A stretch of 63,609 nt of DNA, counting the filler, from Chthonomonadaceae bacterium (GTDB lineage: Bacteria > Armatimonadota > Chthonomonadetes > Chthonomonadales > Chthonomonadaceae), in assembly GCA_035650735.1 (NCBI GenBank). It is 5 parts of 5 records of this genome, joined end to end, with 100 filler letters (N's around TTAATTAATTAA, not from the genome) between each part and the next. Parts side by side here need not be neighbours in the genome. Positions count along the whole stretch, not along the records: positions 1 to 12,296 come from DASRGZ010000158.1; 4 more parts are not named here. One strand, given 5' to 3'. Below, one piece after another: positions 1 through 9,637 of this stretch. Position 1 is the stretch's first letter. Each line of letters opens with the position of its first letter. Made by a program: the position numbers and the translations under genes. A model generated the notes under the pieces. That model was not told where the DNA came from. It did no database searches and saw only the letters and a list, made by a program, of their open reading frames with translations.

Positions 1-121
1 CGGCAGGGTTACGGCCCCTGCCTCCGCCTTGCGACACCTAGCGACCCTCCCAGGGAAGGGAGTGATCCGGCTTCTGCTCTCCCCTCTCCCTGCAAGGGAG
101 AAGGGCCGGGGATGAGGGCGG

Positions 122-177
122 CCCTACCCCCTACACCCTACACCCTATACCCTACACCCTACACCCTATACCCTACA
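122..177. repeat. Heptamer tandem repeat, 8 x CCCTA(C/T)(A/C)
   Basis: Units read directly: ccctacc ccctaca ccctaca ccctata ccctaca ccctaca ccctata ccctaca; a 5-unit relative lies at 41250-41284. Confidence 0.95.
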
Positions 178-198
178 CAAGGGGCCGGGGGTGAGGGC

Positions 199-256
199 AG
201 TCGCCGTAGGGCGACTTCGTGCTTTTGTTGCCGCGAATTCATTCGCCCGCTACCGA
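199..256. repeat. REP-like palindromic repeat (GTAG type)
   Basis: tgttgccgcgaattcattcgcccgctaccga recurs inverted, nearly identical, from 33397; related hairpins near 26423-26510. Confidence 0.75.
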
Positions 257-285
257 AAGGGGAAGGAGTCTCTTGCCTCCGCAGG

Positions 286-2088
286 TCATCGGCCCGGCAT
301 TAAGAGCTGCGCCGCCTCTGCCCGCGTCCCCGTAAACGTGGCGGGACCGCGCCCGCCCGCCGCCTCTCGCCAGGCTCGCCAGTCCTCCGCCGCCACCGCC
401 TCTTCCGGATGGAATAAGAGATCGGACTCGCTGCCTGCCGCAACGCCCGTCAGTGCCAACTTCTGGACGGCCGCGAACGCCGGATGCTCCAGCGGCACAT
501 CCACAAACCAATAGAGCGGAATCCCCTCATCCAGCAGAAGACCCTGCAACTCGCGCTGCGCCGCCGCATCCCCATAAACCGCGCGCGGCATGCGGTCCGT
601 CCGCAGACAGAACGCCGCCAGCAGCCCCGCCGACTCGCCGATGTTCCACTCGATAGGATGCAGCCGGTACGCCCCATTGCTCAGGTGCGTCGTTCCCAGG
701 TTCTTGCAGGCCGGCAGCAAATTCTCCAGCCGCCTCGGAATCAGCGCCCCCAGCGGAATCTGGAACGGGCGCGTCGCCACGTAGGCATTCGGCTCCCCGT
801 GCCCGTTCGGGTGAATATCCAGCGCATAGTGTCCCACGCCCACCGAGTCCGGCATGAAAGCCGCCCGCGCCTGTTCGCCCCGGCACACATTGCCCCGAAA
901 ATCCCGCACGACTATCTCCTGCTCCAGAATGGGCCGCAGGGATCGTATGCGCCGCGATTCACGGATATAGGGCCGAATCGAGCAGCCGTCCGGCGTATCG
1001 AAGACATCGCGCCGCAGGCGAAACTCCGGGTAGCCGCGCCGCTGCCCGGTCGGATCGTCCTCGCGCGGACACTCCGTTTGCAGCCAGTACAGATACCCCA
1101 GCGACGCCCGCCGCGCCCGCGCCAGCGTCGCCGCCACCTGCTCCGGCCCCCCCGCGTCCGCGCCCAGGATATTTGCCCCGTAATAGTCGTTGCCCGCCGT
1201 ATTGATCATGGCCAGGTCGGAAGGGATGCGCGGATCGTCGAAATTCTCCGCCGCCAGCACCCGCCGATAGCGCCACCAGGGCATATTTCCCGCGAATAGC
1301 CCCGTAATCGCCCCGCAGAGCACACTGTAGTTCTGAAGCGCCTTCAGCTCCTCGTAATCCTCCGGCGGCGCGATCCTATTGGTATCCGCCGTCTCCGGCG
1401 ACCAGTCCAGCGCAAACGGAAACGTAAATGGCTGCACCCAGTCCGGACGCGCGGCCTCCGGCGCGTCCGGCTCGCTCGTCTCGGCCCAGCTCTCCGCCCC
1501 GACGACCCAATCCGCCCCTTCCGTCCCGCACAGCGCCAGCAGATCCCCTAAATCCGTCGCGTCCAGCACGTAGCGAGGCAGAAAGCGCCTCTCCGCGCCG
1601 TCCTCGCTGCGCGCCAGCACCGCCACGACCGTGTTGCCCGTCTCCGCATCCATCTCGCAGGCAACCGCTCGCGTCCGGTAGAAGATGCGCAGCCGCCCCG
1701 TCTCCTCCAGCGGCCGCACCATCTCCCGCAGAATCGCCATACCCACCTTGGGCTCAAAGCTCAGCCGGCTCACCCAGCAGTTGCCGGGATTAAGGTAAGG
1801 CCGCGCGGCAGCCTCTGGTGTCAGACGATAATGCGTCCGGTAGTAGCGGCGCACGGCCTGCCGAAACTGATAATAGCGGCGCGTTCCGCCAAACGTCTCG
1901 ATATACTGCTGCTCGTCCGGCGTACACACCCCCTGCGTGGTCAATTGCCCGCCAAGCCAGTCCGTCTCCTCCAGCAGGCAGACCTGCGCGCCCGCTTCTG
2001 CCGCCGCAAGGGCCGCCGCCGTGCCGCCCGTCCCGCCGCCCACAATCAGGATATCGCACGCTGCCTCTACGCCATTCACCTCTTGCAT
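286..2088 (-). CDS. FAD-dependent oxidoreductase
   Basis: N-terminal DILIVGGGTGG Rossmann motif, LGGQLT, YIRESRRI, YRLHPIEW; start placed at MQEVNG (2088). Confidence 0.85.
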   Translation of the reverse strand: MQEVNGVEAACDILIVGGGTGGTAAALAAAEAGAQVCLLEETDWLGGQLTTQGVCTPDEQQYIETFGGTRRYYQFRQAVRRYYRTHYRLTPEAAARPYLNPGNCWVSRLSFEPKVGMAILREMVRPLEETGRLRIFYRTRAVACEMDAETGNTVVAVLARSEDGAERRFLPRYVLDATDLGDLLALCGTEGADWVVGAESWAETSEPDAPEAARPDWVQPFTFPFALDWSPETADTNRIAPPEDYEELKALQNYSVLCGAITGLFAGNMPWWRYRRVLAAENFDDPRIPSDLAMINTAGNDYYGANILGADAGGPEQVAATLARARRASLGYLYWLQTECPREDDPTGQRRGYPEFRLRRDVFDTPDGCSIRPYIRESRRIRSLRPILEQEIVVRDFRGNVCRGEQARAAFMPDSVGVGHYALDIHPNGHGEPNAYVATRPFQIPLGALIPRRLENLLPACKNLGTTHLSNGAYRLHPIEWNIGESAGLLAAFCLRTDRMPRAVYGDAAAQRELQGLLLDEGIPLYWFVDVPLEHPAFAAVQKLALTGVAAGSESDLLFHPEEAVAAEDWRAWREAAGGRGPATFTGTRAEAAQLLMPGR

Positions 2089-2122
2089 TCCCGCTTTTTC
2101 CTGCCCTCCGTTCTTGCGGCAT

Positions 2123-2521
2123 CTACCTTCTTCTCTGCGGCCTGATGGTCCCCTCATGCCAGAACTCATGCCAGACATTCAGGGTTTGCTGCAAGGCCAT
2201 TTGCGGCGAATACCCTTCGGCACGATACGTCCGGTACAGCCTCTGAGGGGCCGAGAAGGGAGGCAGAAGATCATAGGCGTCATCATCGGTCATGAGCTCA
2301 CGCGGCTGTTTGAGCGTAGGCCCAAGGCCGTCCTCATTATCGCCCGGTGGCATTTCCATATCCTCAGCAGTAACAATAATCCGTGTGCGTCGTGGCCTGG
2401 GCTCCGGGCTATCAGATGCGACCGCCTGTTGCAGTTGATGAATCAGCCAGGCTGTCAGACGATGCGTCTGAAAGGCTCGGTGCAGGGCCATGTGACTCTC
2501 ATGCCGATACATCCGTGACAC
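2123..2521 (-). CDS. Hypothetical protein (132 aa)
   Basis: Protein-like ORF filling the gap, co-oriented with neighbours; no recognised motif. Confidence 0.5.
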   Translation of the reverse strand: MSRMYRHESHMALHRAFQTHRLTAWLIHQLQQAVASDSPEPRPRRTRIIVTAEDMEMPPGDNEDGLGPTLKQPRELMTDDDAYDLLPPFSAPQRLYRTYRAEGYSPQMALQQTLNVWHEFWHEGTIRPQRRR

Positions 2522-2651
2522 GAGAAATCCCCCTAAAGTAGGATGGATAAGGGACGCATCAAAACGCGGAAGGTTCCCCCAATAAATTGCCGCCGTGATA
2601 AATGGAGTGCAAAATGACTGAAACGACCGCTATAACCCGATCCAGCGCACC

Positions 2652-3392
2652 TCAATAGCCGGTTGACTCGCCAGGCGCCACGCTATAAGGCATGTTGGCT
2701 TGCCGCGCTTTAAACTCCTCCAAAATCTGCTGGGTGGCCGTAGCTCCCACGCGCGTGGCCCCAGCATCCAGCGCCGCCAGCAGAGCATCCAGCGTTCGGA
2801 TTCCACCCGCCGCCTTGACCTGCACGCGCGGCGAAACCGCCTGGCGCATCAGCTTCAGGTCGGGGATAGTCGCCCCGGAGGGCGCAAAGCCGGAGGAGGT
2901 CTTGATGAAATCAGCGTTGGCCGCCTCCACAATCCGGCACGCGCGCACCTTCTCCTCATCCGTCAGGTAGGCGTTCTCCAGGATGACCTTCACCAGCGCT
3001 TTGCCGGCAGCGGCCTCCACCACCGCCTGAATATCCTCCCGCACCCGGTCGTCCAAGCCCGAACGCAGCCAGCCGATGTTCAAGACCATATCCAGTTCCA
3101 CGGCGCCCTGCGCCATTGCCTGCTGCGCCTCAAACACCTTTGTGGCCGACGCCGAGCTGCCGTGCGGAAAGCTGATGACGGTGCCCACGGCGGCGTCTGA
3201 GCCGGCCAGAATGCGGGCGGCCAGCGGCACATCGCAAGGCTTGACACAGACCGAGGCCACCTGGTAACGCTGTGCCAGTTCACAGCTGGCAATCACCTCG
3301 CGTTCGGTGAGTTCGGGCCGTAATAGAGAGTGATCAATAGTTCGGGCTATCTCGGCAAAGGTGCGCCCTGCCACCGTCGGTTGTGAGTTCAT
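2652..3392 (-). CDS. deoC: Deoxyribose-phosphate aldolase
   Basis: IDHSLL, ELDMVLN, KVILE, FIKTSSGF, VKAAGGIR motifs; AGGAG RBS. Confidence 0.93.
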   Translation of the reverse strand: MNSQPTVAGRTFAEIARTIDHSLLRPELTEREVIASCELAQRYQVASVCVKPCDVPLAARILAGSDAAVGTVISFPHGSSASATKVFEAQQAMAQGAVELDMVLNIGWLRSGLDDRVREDIQAVVEAAAGKALVKVILENAYLTDEEKVRACRIVEAANADFIKTSSGFAPSGATIPDLKLMRQAVSPRVQVKAAGGIRTLDALLAALDAGATRVGATATQQILEEFKARQANMPYSVAPGESTGY

Positions 3393-3591
3393 TATCTTAC
3401 TCCTGGTAAAAATGGGGTTGCGTTCTCTCCAGCAACTCCGGCGGCTCAGGGGTGATTAGGCCGCCACTGCCGGAAGGCAATTCGACGGACAAGGGGGCGT
3501 TTTCCTGCGGGGGTTAGACCAAGAAGGGCCGGGGGTTAGGCCCGGCCCTGGAGAGAGGCTTGTATTGGGAGTGAGGGCGCTGCTATCTCTG

Positions 3592-4119
3592 TTAGTCCGG
3601 CAGGTCGGCAAAGACGGGCAGATAGTTGCGCCAGATCTCGTTCTTGCGACCCATGAGATATTTGGTCAGGCTGATATAGGGCACGTACCGCGGGCGGCGC
3701 GGCGTGCGGATTAGCTTCATGCCGACCTGGTGGGCCAGCTTGTCGCTCTTCTTCATGTTGCATTTGCGGCAGCAGCAGACGAGGTTCTCCCAGGCCGACT
3801 TCCCGCCATGCACCCTCGGGATGACGTGATCGATCGTCAGATCCTTGGTCGTAGAGCCGCAGTACTGGCACGTATAGTTGTCGCGGGCGAAAATGGTCCG
3901 CCGTGACAGCTTCAGTTCCGGCAGCGGTCGCTTGATGTGGTTGCGCAGCTTGACGACCGATGGGATCACGTAACGGCCATCCTGGTACACGGTCTCCATC
4001 TCTCCCTCTGCGTGCAGCACATCGGCCTTGCCTAGATAGACCAGCACGATGGCGCGACGCAGATTGCAGACATTGAGCGGTTCGTAGTCGGCGTTGAGGA
4101 CCAGCACTTCCTGGTTCAT
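3592..4119 (-). CDS. HNH endonuclease (McrA-like)
   Basis: VLVLNADYEPL N-terminus, RDNYTCQYCG, TIDHVIP, WENLVCCCRKCN; start MNQEV at 4119. Confidence 0.92.
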   Translation of the reverse strand: MNQEVLVLNADYEPLNVCNLRRAIVLVYLGKADVLHAEGEMETVYQDGRYVIPSVVKLRNHIKRPLPELKLSRRTIFARDNYTCQYCGSTTKDLTIDHVIPRVHGGKSAWENLVCCCRKCNMKKSDKLAHQVGMKLIRTPRRPRYVPYISLTKYLMGRKNEIWRNYLPVFADLPD

Positions 4120-4247
4120 GGTGGTCCAAATTCCCCTTTCCATCCAGATTTGCGTCCGCCTCCTTGAAAGGACGCTGCCGCGTCGGGGCGCTCCGGCGCA
4201 CTGACGAGTCGCCGCAGAGCCGCCACAAAGTAAATGCTTTAGGCTAT

Positions 4248-4287
4248 AAAACACAAAACCCGCTCTATGCCGGAGGCACAGAGCGGG
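4248..4287 (-). terminator. Intrinsic terminator upstream of the HNH gene
   Basis: Minus strand CCCGCTCTGTGCC-TCC-GGCATAGAGCGGG (13-bp stem, one G-U) followed by TTTTGTGTTTT. Confidence 0.85.
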
Positions 4288-4359
4288 CTATAGTGCACCT
4301 TTATGGTGGTAGAAGACGTGGTGCAGGTAATGGAGGTGGCTGAAGCTGTCCGGCAGCAT
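4288..4359 (-). CDS. Putative His-rich leader peptide MLPDSFSHLHYLHHVFYHHKGAL
   Basis: 6 His in 23 codons; stop codon abuts the terminator stem; weak GGAAG 6 nt upstream of ATG. Confidence 0.55.
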   Translation of the reverse strand: MLPDSFSHLHYLHHVFYHHKGAL

Positions 4360-4411
4360 GGGCAGCTTCCGGCACCCGCGCAGGCCCGCCTGTTGCAATC
4401 CCTGGGAAGGA

Positions 4412-4551
4412 ACCGCGTGCGTATGCCGCCGATATGCGCTTGTGGGTCGAGATGTCACCTTCACGGAAATATTCCCACCTAGAGTATGCGCAGGTACCTC
4501 AGAAACGTGCTCGCTTGGTTGTTTTTCAGAACCAGCACTCACCCGCACGGC
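4412..4551 (-). ncRNA. Candidate structured leader RNA (three-stem junction)
   Basis: Pairings 4544-4551/4412-4421, GTGCT..AGCAC plus GGTT..AACC (4507-4538), TGCGC/GCGCA and GTGGG/CCCAC (4435-4492); begins just after a promoter. Confidence 0.4.
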
Positions 4552-4562
4552 TATTCAACTTC

Positions 4563-4591
4563 AGTATAACAAAGCTTCCGTTTCCTGTCAA
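4563..4591 (-). promoter_or_regulatory. Sigma-70-type promoter
   Basis: Minus strand TTGACA-17 nt-TATACT. Confidence 0.85.
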
Positions 4592-4667
4592 GGCTTAGCC
4601 TCACTTCCGGCCCTACCTCCTTAAAAGGAGTATCGCGATGTGAGGTATACTTTCTCCAATATCGCCC

Positions 4668-5531
4668 GTGCCTCGGAGCCGCCCCATGCTTCTCAACCGC
4701 CAACAACTTGAGCAATACCACCGCGACGGTTACGTTATTATTGACGCTCCCTTCCCCAGGGCGCTCACCGAGGACTGCCTCGCCGCCGTCGCCGCCTACG
4801 GTTGCGACCCCAAAGAGGTCGCCGCTGTTGACACGAAACAGAACCACTTCACCCTGATGCCGGCTGTCCCCGGCAGCTATTTTTGCGCGCTGGACCATTC
4901 CCTGCCCTTCCTGCGCGTGGCGCTGCACCCTGAGATCGTCGAGATCGCCCGGCAACTCGAAGGTGCGGACGACCTCTACTTTCGGAATGGGGGTATCAAC
5001 GAGTTAGCGCCCGGGAGATCGACGGCCTGGCATTTCGACGCGGACATGGAGTATGTCGAGTTCATGCACTATTTCAGCGGCGCGCAGGTGGAAAACGGGT
5101 GTCTGCGGGTCATCCCCGGCAGCCACCGACCGCGTGCCGACCATCTCCAGGAACAGCTCCGCCAGGCCCGCCGCCGCAAGGGGCGCGCCGACATGGGCGC
5201 CTGGCTCAACGTTGCCGACGTGGAACTGCCCGGTGAGGTTCCGCTGGAGGTTGGCCCCGACAAGCTCATCATCCGCAGTTCACAGATATTCCATGCGACT
5301 CACCTCAACCGTTCGCCGCGCGGCAGGCTGATGCACCACTGGCTTTTCCGCAAGGTTCGTGACGGAGGCTTTCGCTTCCACTGGCCAGACTACCTCACGC
5401 CCGAGCTTATCACCGAACTCTCCCCCGAGCAGCGTGCCCTGCTGCGCCTGGGCCACGAAGACCCGATTGCCCCGCAATACCAGGAGGAAGTCGCCCGCGA
5501 ACGCGGGAAAGTATTCTGGTCGGTGGTATAG
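4668..5531 (+). CDS. Phytanoyl-CoA dioxygenase (PhyH) family protein
   Basis: QYHRDGYVII, WHFD, ENGCLRVIPGSH, FHATHLNRS. Confidence 0.85.
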   Translation: MPRSRPMLLNRQQLEQYHRDGYVIIDAPFPRALTEDCLAAVAAYGCDPKEVAAVDTKQNHFTLMPAVPGSYFCALDHSLPFLRVALHPEIVEIARQLEGADDLYFRNGGINELAPGRSTAWHFDADMEYVEFMHYFSGAQVENGCLRVIPGSHRPRADHLQEQLRQARRRKGRADMGAWLNVADVELPGEVPLEVGPDKLIIRSSQIFHATHLNRSPRGRLMHHWLFRKVRDGGFRFHWPDYLTPELITELSPEQRALLRLGHEDPIAPQYQEEVARERGKVFWSVV

Positions 5532-5636
5532 CTATGAGAAGAGGCGACGGGCGTTCTGGAACCTCCGCTTCCGTGTCCTTCTGAAAGCGTCCAATTCTTG
5601 CAAAATCTCATCCCTATTGAGATAAGGAGGCCATCC

Positions 5637-7109
5637 ATGCGGATTCTTACGGGCGGCGTTTTACACGAAAGTAGTACGTTCGCGGCCGGGAAAACCACCT
5701 TGGGCGATTTCGAGACCGGCAGGGGCCTGCTGCGCGGAGCCGCCATCCTGGATACGTTTCGCGGCGCCAACGTCTGCTGCGGCGGATTTCTGGACGGCGC
5801 GCAGAAGCATGGGTTCGAGCTGGTGCCGTTGCTGTGGACGTTCGCGACGCCCAGCGCCCTGGTGGAGCGTGCCAGTTACGAGGCGCTTAAAAACGAGTTT
5901 CTGGACGGCCTGCGGCGGGAGCGCGATCAGGGAATAGACGGCGTGCTGCTGGACCTGCACGGCGCGATGGTGGTCGAAGGCATCGAAGACGCCGACGCCG
6001 ATTTTATGGCTGCGGTACGCCAGATCGTCGGCCCGGACACGCCCGTTATCGTCACGACCGACCTGCACTCCAATCACAGCGCGGAACGCATTGCGGCCTG
6101 CACAGCCATTATCGGTTACGATACCTTTCCTCACGTGGACATGGCCGAGCGGGGCCGCGAGGCCGCCGACCTGATGGTACGTACTCTTCGGGGGGAAGTC
6201 CGGCCGGTGATGGCCCTGAGCAAGATTCCGCTGATCTGGAGCGCGGAGTGCCAGGTGACGGCGCACCTGCCGATGCAGGAGACGATGGAGCAGGTGTTCG
6301 CGGCGGAGAAGCAGCCCGGCATGTTGGCGGTGACGCTTGCGACGGGATTTCCATGGGCCGACGTACCCAATATGGGGCCTTCGGTCATTGCCATTGCCGA
6401 CGGAGATCCCGCCCTAGCGCAGCAGACCGCCGACGCGCTCCAGGAGTGGATCTGGGCGCGGCGCGGCCGCTGGTATCGGACGCCGTTAACAGTTGAGGAA
6501 GGTCTGACCGAGGGACAAAAGACCGGGCGTTACCCCATTCTTCTGGCGGACATGGCCGACAATACGGGCGGAGGCGCGCCCGGAGATTCGACGGCCGTGC
6601 TGCGCACGTTTGTAGAGCAGGACCTGGAGGATGCGCTCCTGCTCTATATGTTCGATCCGGAGGTCGCTCGGCAAGCCCACGCGGCGGGAGTGGGCGCAAA
6701 ACTGCGGGTGGGGATCGGCGGCAAATCCGATCCCCGGCAGGGCCTGCCCGTGCCGCTGGAGGTGGAAGTCGTGGCCCTCTCGGATGGCCGTTTCTGGTAC
6801 GATGGGCCGATGTATGCGGGGACGCAGGGCAACCTGGGCGCGTCGGCGTGGCTGCGGCATCGGGGGGTCAATATTGTGGTGACTAGCCTTCGGATGCAAC
6901 CGCTCGACCAGGCATTCGCTCGGTCGCTGGGCATAAATTGTGCGGCGATGAAGTATATCGCGGTCAAATCAGCCGCGCACTTCCGCTCTGGCTTCGAAGC
7001 GCTGGGCGGGCCGATCTTTAACGTCAACGCGCCGGCGATGCACTCTCACGACTACAAGCAGTTGACCTACCATCGCCGCCCGCCGATGTACCCGATTGAG
7101 TTGACATAA
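5637..7109 (+). CDS. M81 family metallopeptidase (MlrC-like)
   Basis: HESSTF, LDLHGAM, DLHSN, FPHVD, DNTGGGAPGD, VKSAAHFR; AAGGAGG RBS. Confidence 0.9.
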   Translation: MRILTGGVLHESSTFAAGKTTLGDFETGRGLLRGAAILDTFRGANVCCGGFLDGAQKHGFELVPLLWTFATPSALVERASYEALKNEFLDGLRRERDQGIDGVLLDLHGAMVVEGIEDADADFMAAVRQIVGPDTPVIVTTDLHSNHSAERIAACTAIIGYDTFPHVDMAERGREAADLMVRTLRGEVRPVMALSKIPLIWSAECQVTAHLPMQETMEQVFAAEKQPGMLAVTLATGFPWADVPNMGPSVIAIADGDPALAQQTADALQEWIWARRGRWYRTPLTVEEGLTEGQKTGRYPILLADMADNTGGGAPGDSTAVLRTFVEQDLEDALLLYMFDPEVARQAHAAGVGAKLRVGIGGKSDPRQGLPVPLEVEVVALSDGRFWYDGPMYAGTQGNLGASAWLRHRGVNIVVTSLRMQPLDQAFARSLGINCAAMKYIAVKSAAHFRSGFEALGGPIFNVNAPAMHSHDYKQLTYHRRPPMYPIELT

Positions 7110-7187
7110 AGCCGGGATCGCTCGACTATCCCTGTTAGAAGGCTCTGGTTCTTTCCTAACGGGTATCCTATCCACCCTGGAGGCCCT

Positions 7188-7820
7188 ATGACCGACATGA
7201 CCCTTGCCGAGGCCATCGAGGTTTTCGTGTCTGGCTTTAGCTTTACGCGCAGTTTCACCTTCCCTTATTATGCCGAGTTCTTCCATGAGCGCGTCTGGGT
7301 CCTGCGGGACGCTCCGCGCACGCGCGGCGACTACCGCACCGAAGAGTTTGTCGGACATGGCCTGGAGCCGGCCACACTCGACGCCATCGCTAAGGAGCAT
7401 ACTCGTGGACACTACCGGCTCTGTGTGCTTCGCGCCGTGGAGGAGAGCGACGCGCCCCTGCGCACCGGGTTCAAGGCGCTGGGCTACCGGTTGATGGGCA
7501 CCGAAGCGTTCATGGTCCATAGGCTCGCGCAGATCCAGAGCGTACCGGAACCCGTATCCATTGTGCGCGTCACGACGCGGGAGATGGCCGAGGCGCTGGC
7601 AAAGGCGGCCGGCCGCCGCCAGATTCTGCCGGAGCATCTGGAGGCACAGCCGGCGCCCATGCGCCAGTATGCGGCCCTGGATGGAGAGAAGTTTGTCGGC
7701 TGGGTGGGCAGCGTGAGCGCGGCCTGCTGCGCCTGGTGCACGAATATGTTCGTTACTCCAGCGTATCGCCGGCGTGGGATCGCCCGGGCCTTGCTGACAC
7801 GGATGCTCCAGGAGGACCGC
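7188..7820 (+). pseudogene. GNAT acetyltransferase truncated at its 3' end
   Basis: VTPAYRRRGIARALL motif A, then an abrupt switch into ISL3 sequence at about 7821; final GNAT strands missing. Confidence 0.75.
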
Positions 7821-8766
7821 CCCGCCAGCACAAGAGCCGGATGCGCCGGTTCCTGTCGCAGGCAAGGTCCTCTCGACCCCGGCGACGCGGGCCCAGCAAG
7901 AGCGCCGAGCACGGCACGAGCGGCGCAAAGCCCGCTACGAGCAGGTTCGGCAGTGGCATCAGCAAGGCGTGTCCATCCAGCAGATCGCGCGCAACCTGAA
8001 GATGCACCGGCGCACCGTTCGCCAGTTCTTGCGGGCCACCGAGTTTCCGGAGCGTGCTCCCCCGCGTCGGCGTCCCAGCCAGCACACTCCGTTCCACGAC
8101 TACCTACGAGAGCGCTGGGAGCAAGGTTGCCACAACGCGGCCCAACTCTATCGGGAGGTGCTGGCCAAAGGCTTTCCTGGTTCGGCCTCCGCACTGCGCC
8201 AATATCTGCGCGCCTGGCGGACACAGTTGCCCGAAACCTTGCGCGACCGCCGAGGGCAGAAAGCTGGGACGGCCCCGCCCGTGATTACTTTCTCATTACG
8301 AACGACCGCCTGGTTGCTGTTGGGCTATGCCAAAAGCAAAGAGAGCCGACAGCAGACCGTCAATGAGGCGTTCCTGGACCAACTGAAAACCCTCTGCCCG
8401 GCTATCGTACAGGCGCAGGCGTTGGCAACCGCCTTCTTGGATCTGGGGCGACAACGCCAGGGCGATGCTCTAAAGGCTTGGATCGAGCAGCTCTGCCAGA
8501 GTGAGTTGGCCGAATTGATTAGTTTGGATCGCGGTCTGACGGACGATTACGAGGCGGTATTGGCGGGCATATCCAGTGCGTGGTCCAACGGTCAGACCGA
8601 GGGGCAGGTTAACCGACTGAAGTTAATCAAGCGCTCGATGTATGGTCGGGCCAAGTTCGACCTGCTCAAAGCGCGCGTACTGCCGAGGGGACAGGCCGCT
8701 TGACAAAGAAATGGCAGCCTGCCTAAAGAGAGCCTGCCTGCTTGTCACCAAAAGGCCGGGAGAGCC
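7821..8766 (+). mobile_element. 3' half of an ISL3-family IS
   Basis: Transposase C-terminus (WSNGQTEGQVNRLKLIKRSMYGRAKFDLLKARVL, stop 8703) and right end TCACCAAAAGGCCGGGAGAGCC; left half absent. Confidence 0.88.
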
Positions 8767-9594
8767 CACAGCAGAATAGCAAACTCACCATGCCGATCTG
8801 CCGCAATTCGCCGCGCTGCTCAATGCCCTGGATCGCCGGGAACAGCAGCGCGTCCATTGCCCGGTACTCGGCTTGCAGGCCGCGGTCTGTCTCCTTGCGT
8901 TCCAGCGCCCAGGCGACTTTGCCCTTGTGCTTCTGCGGCGTCCTGTCCTCCTGCTTTTCGGGGTCGTAGTAAACTCCCGTGACGCCGGCATCGGTCAGGG
9001 CGTCATTGACCAGCGCAAAATATTCCCGCCGCAGCGCCATCAGTTCCGGGTTGTCTTTTCCCTTCCCCGGTGCATCCAGCGTCCTGTACCGCTTGCTCTC
9101 GAAACCGTTGCGAGCCACCCGACGCATCGGAACCAGAAAATGGAAGTGCGGGTTTTTGCCGCCGTCCGAAGCGTCGGTTTCATGGAAGGCGACCGCGACG
9201 GCCAGCCCTCTGGCGTTGAGTTTGCGGGCGAACTGTTCGGCAACCGCCCAATTCTGCGCGGCTGTCAGTTCACGCGGAGCCGCCGCCGGAAAGTCTTTTG
9301 CCAGCAGCGCCGAAGCCCGCCGATTATGGCCGTCCTCAACGGCCTCGATTTCATTGCCGAAGCGTTCCCAGGCCCGCGCCTGATCGTCATCCTGCATCCA
9401 GCCAGGCGCAGTTCCCGGAGCGAAGATCGCCGTCTGAATGACCCCGCTGCGCCCGGCGTAGCGATGCACTTCCCCGGTTTTGGCATCGGTCAGGTTCAGA
9501 CCGCTTCGATAAGCGCAGGCTTTCACGGCATTGTCGGGACGGGCTTTGTTGCGGTGATGTTGGCAACCCCGAAGTGCAGCGTTTTGGTCAGCAC
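8767..9594 (-). pseudogene. MobA/MobL (MOBQ) relaxase, frameshifted and truncated
   Basis: AVKACAYRSG, ALPRELT-like AAPRELT, FH...NPHFHFL HUH motif; N-terminus LHFGVANIT lies in another frame; 3' end cut at the ISL3 end. Confidence 0.85.
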
Positions 9595-9637
9595 TCTGCC
9601 CCCGTGTTTCTCCCTTCAAACAAAACTGCGCGAGCGA

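Noticed and set aside
112..303. Short ORFs such as PTPYTLYPTPYTL and the duplicated MVGPLLGSARQW peptides
   Set aside because: Translations of intergenic repeats.
3592..4119. HNH as an IscB/Cas9-like RNA-guided nuclease
   Set aside because: Only about 175 aa with no RuvC or PLMP motifs; ordinary McrA-like HNH.
7188..8366. 392-aa GNAT with a novel C-terminal domain
   Set aside because: The tail is out-of-frame ISL3 sequence.
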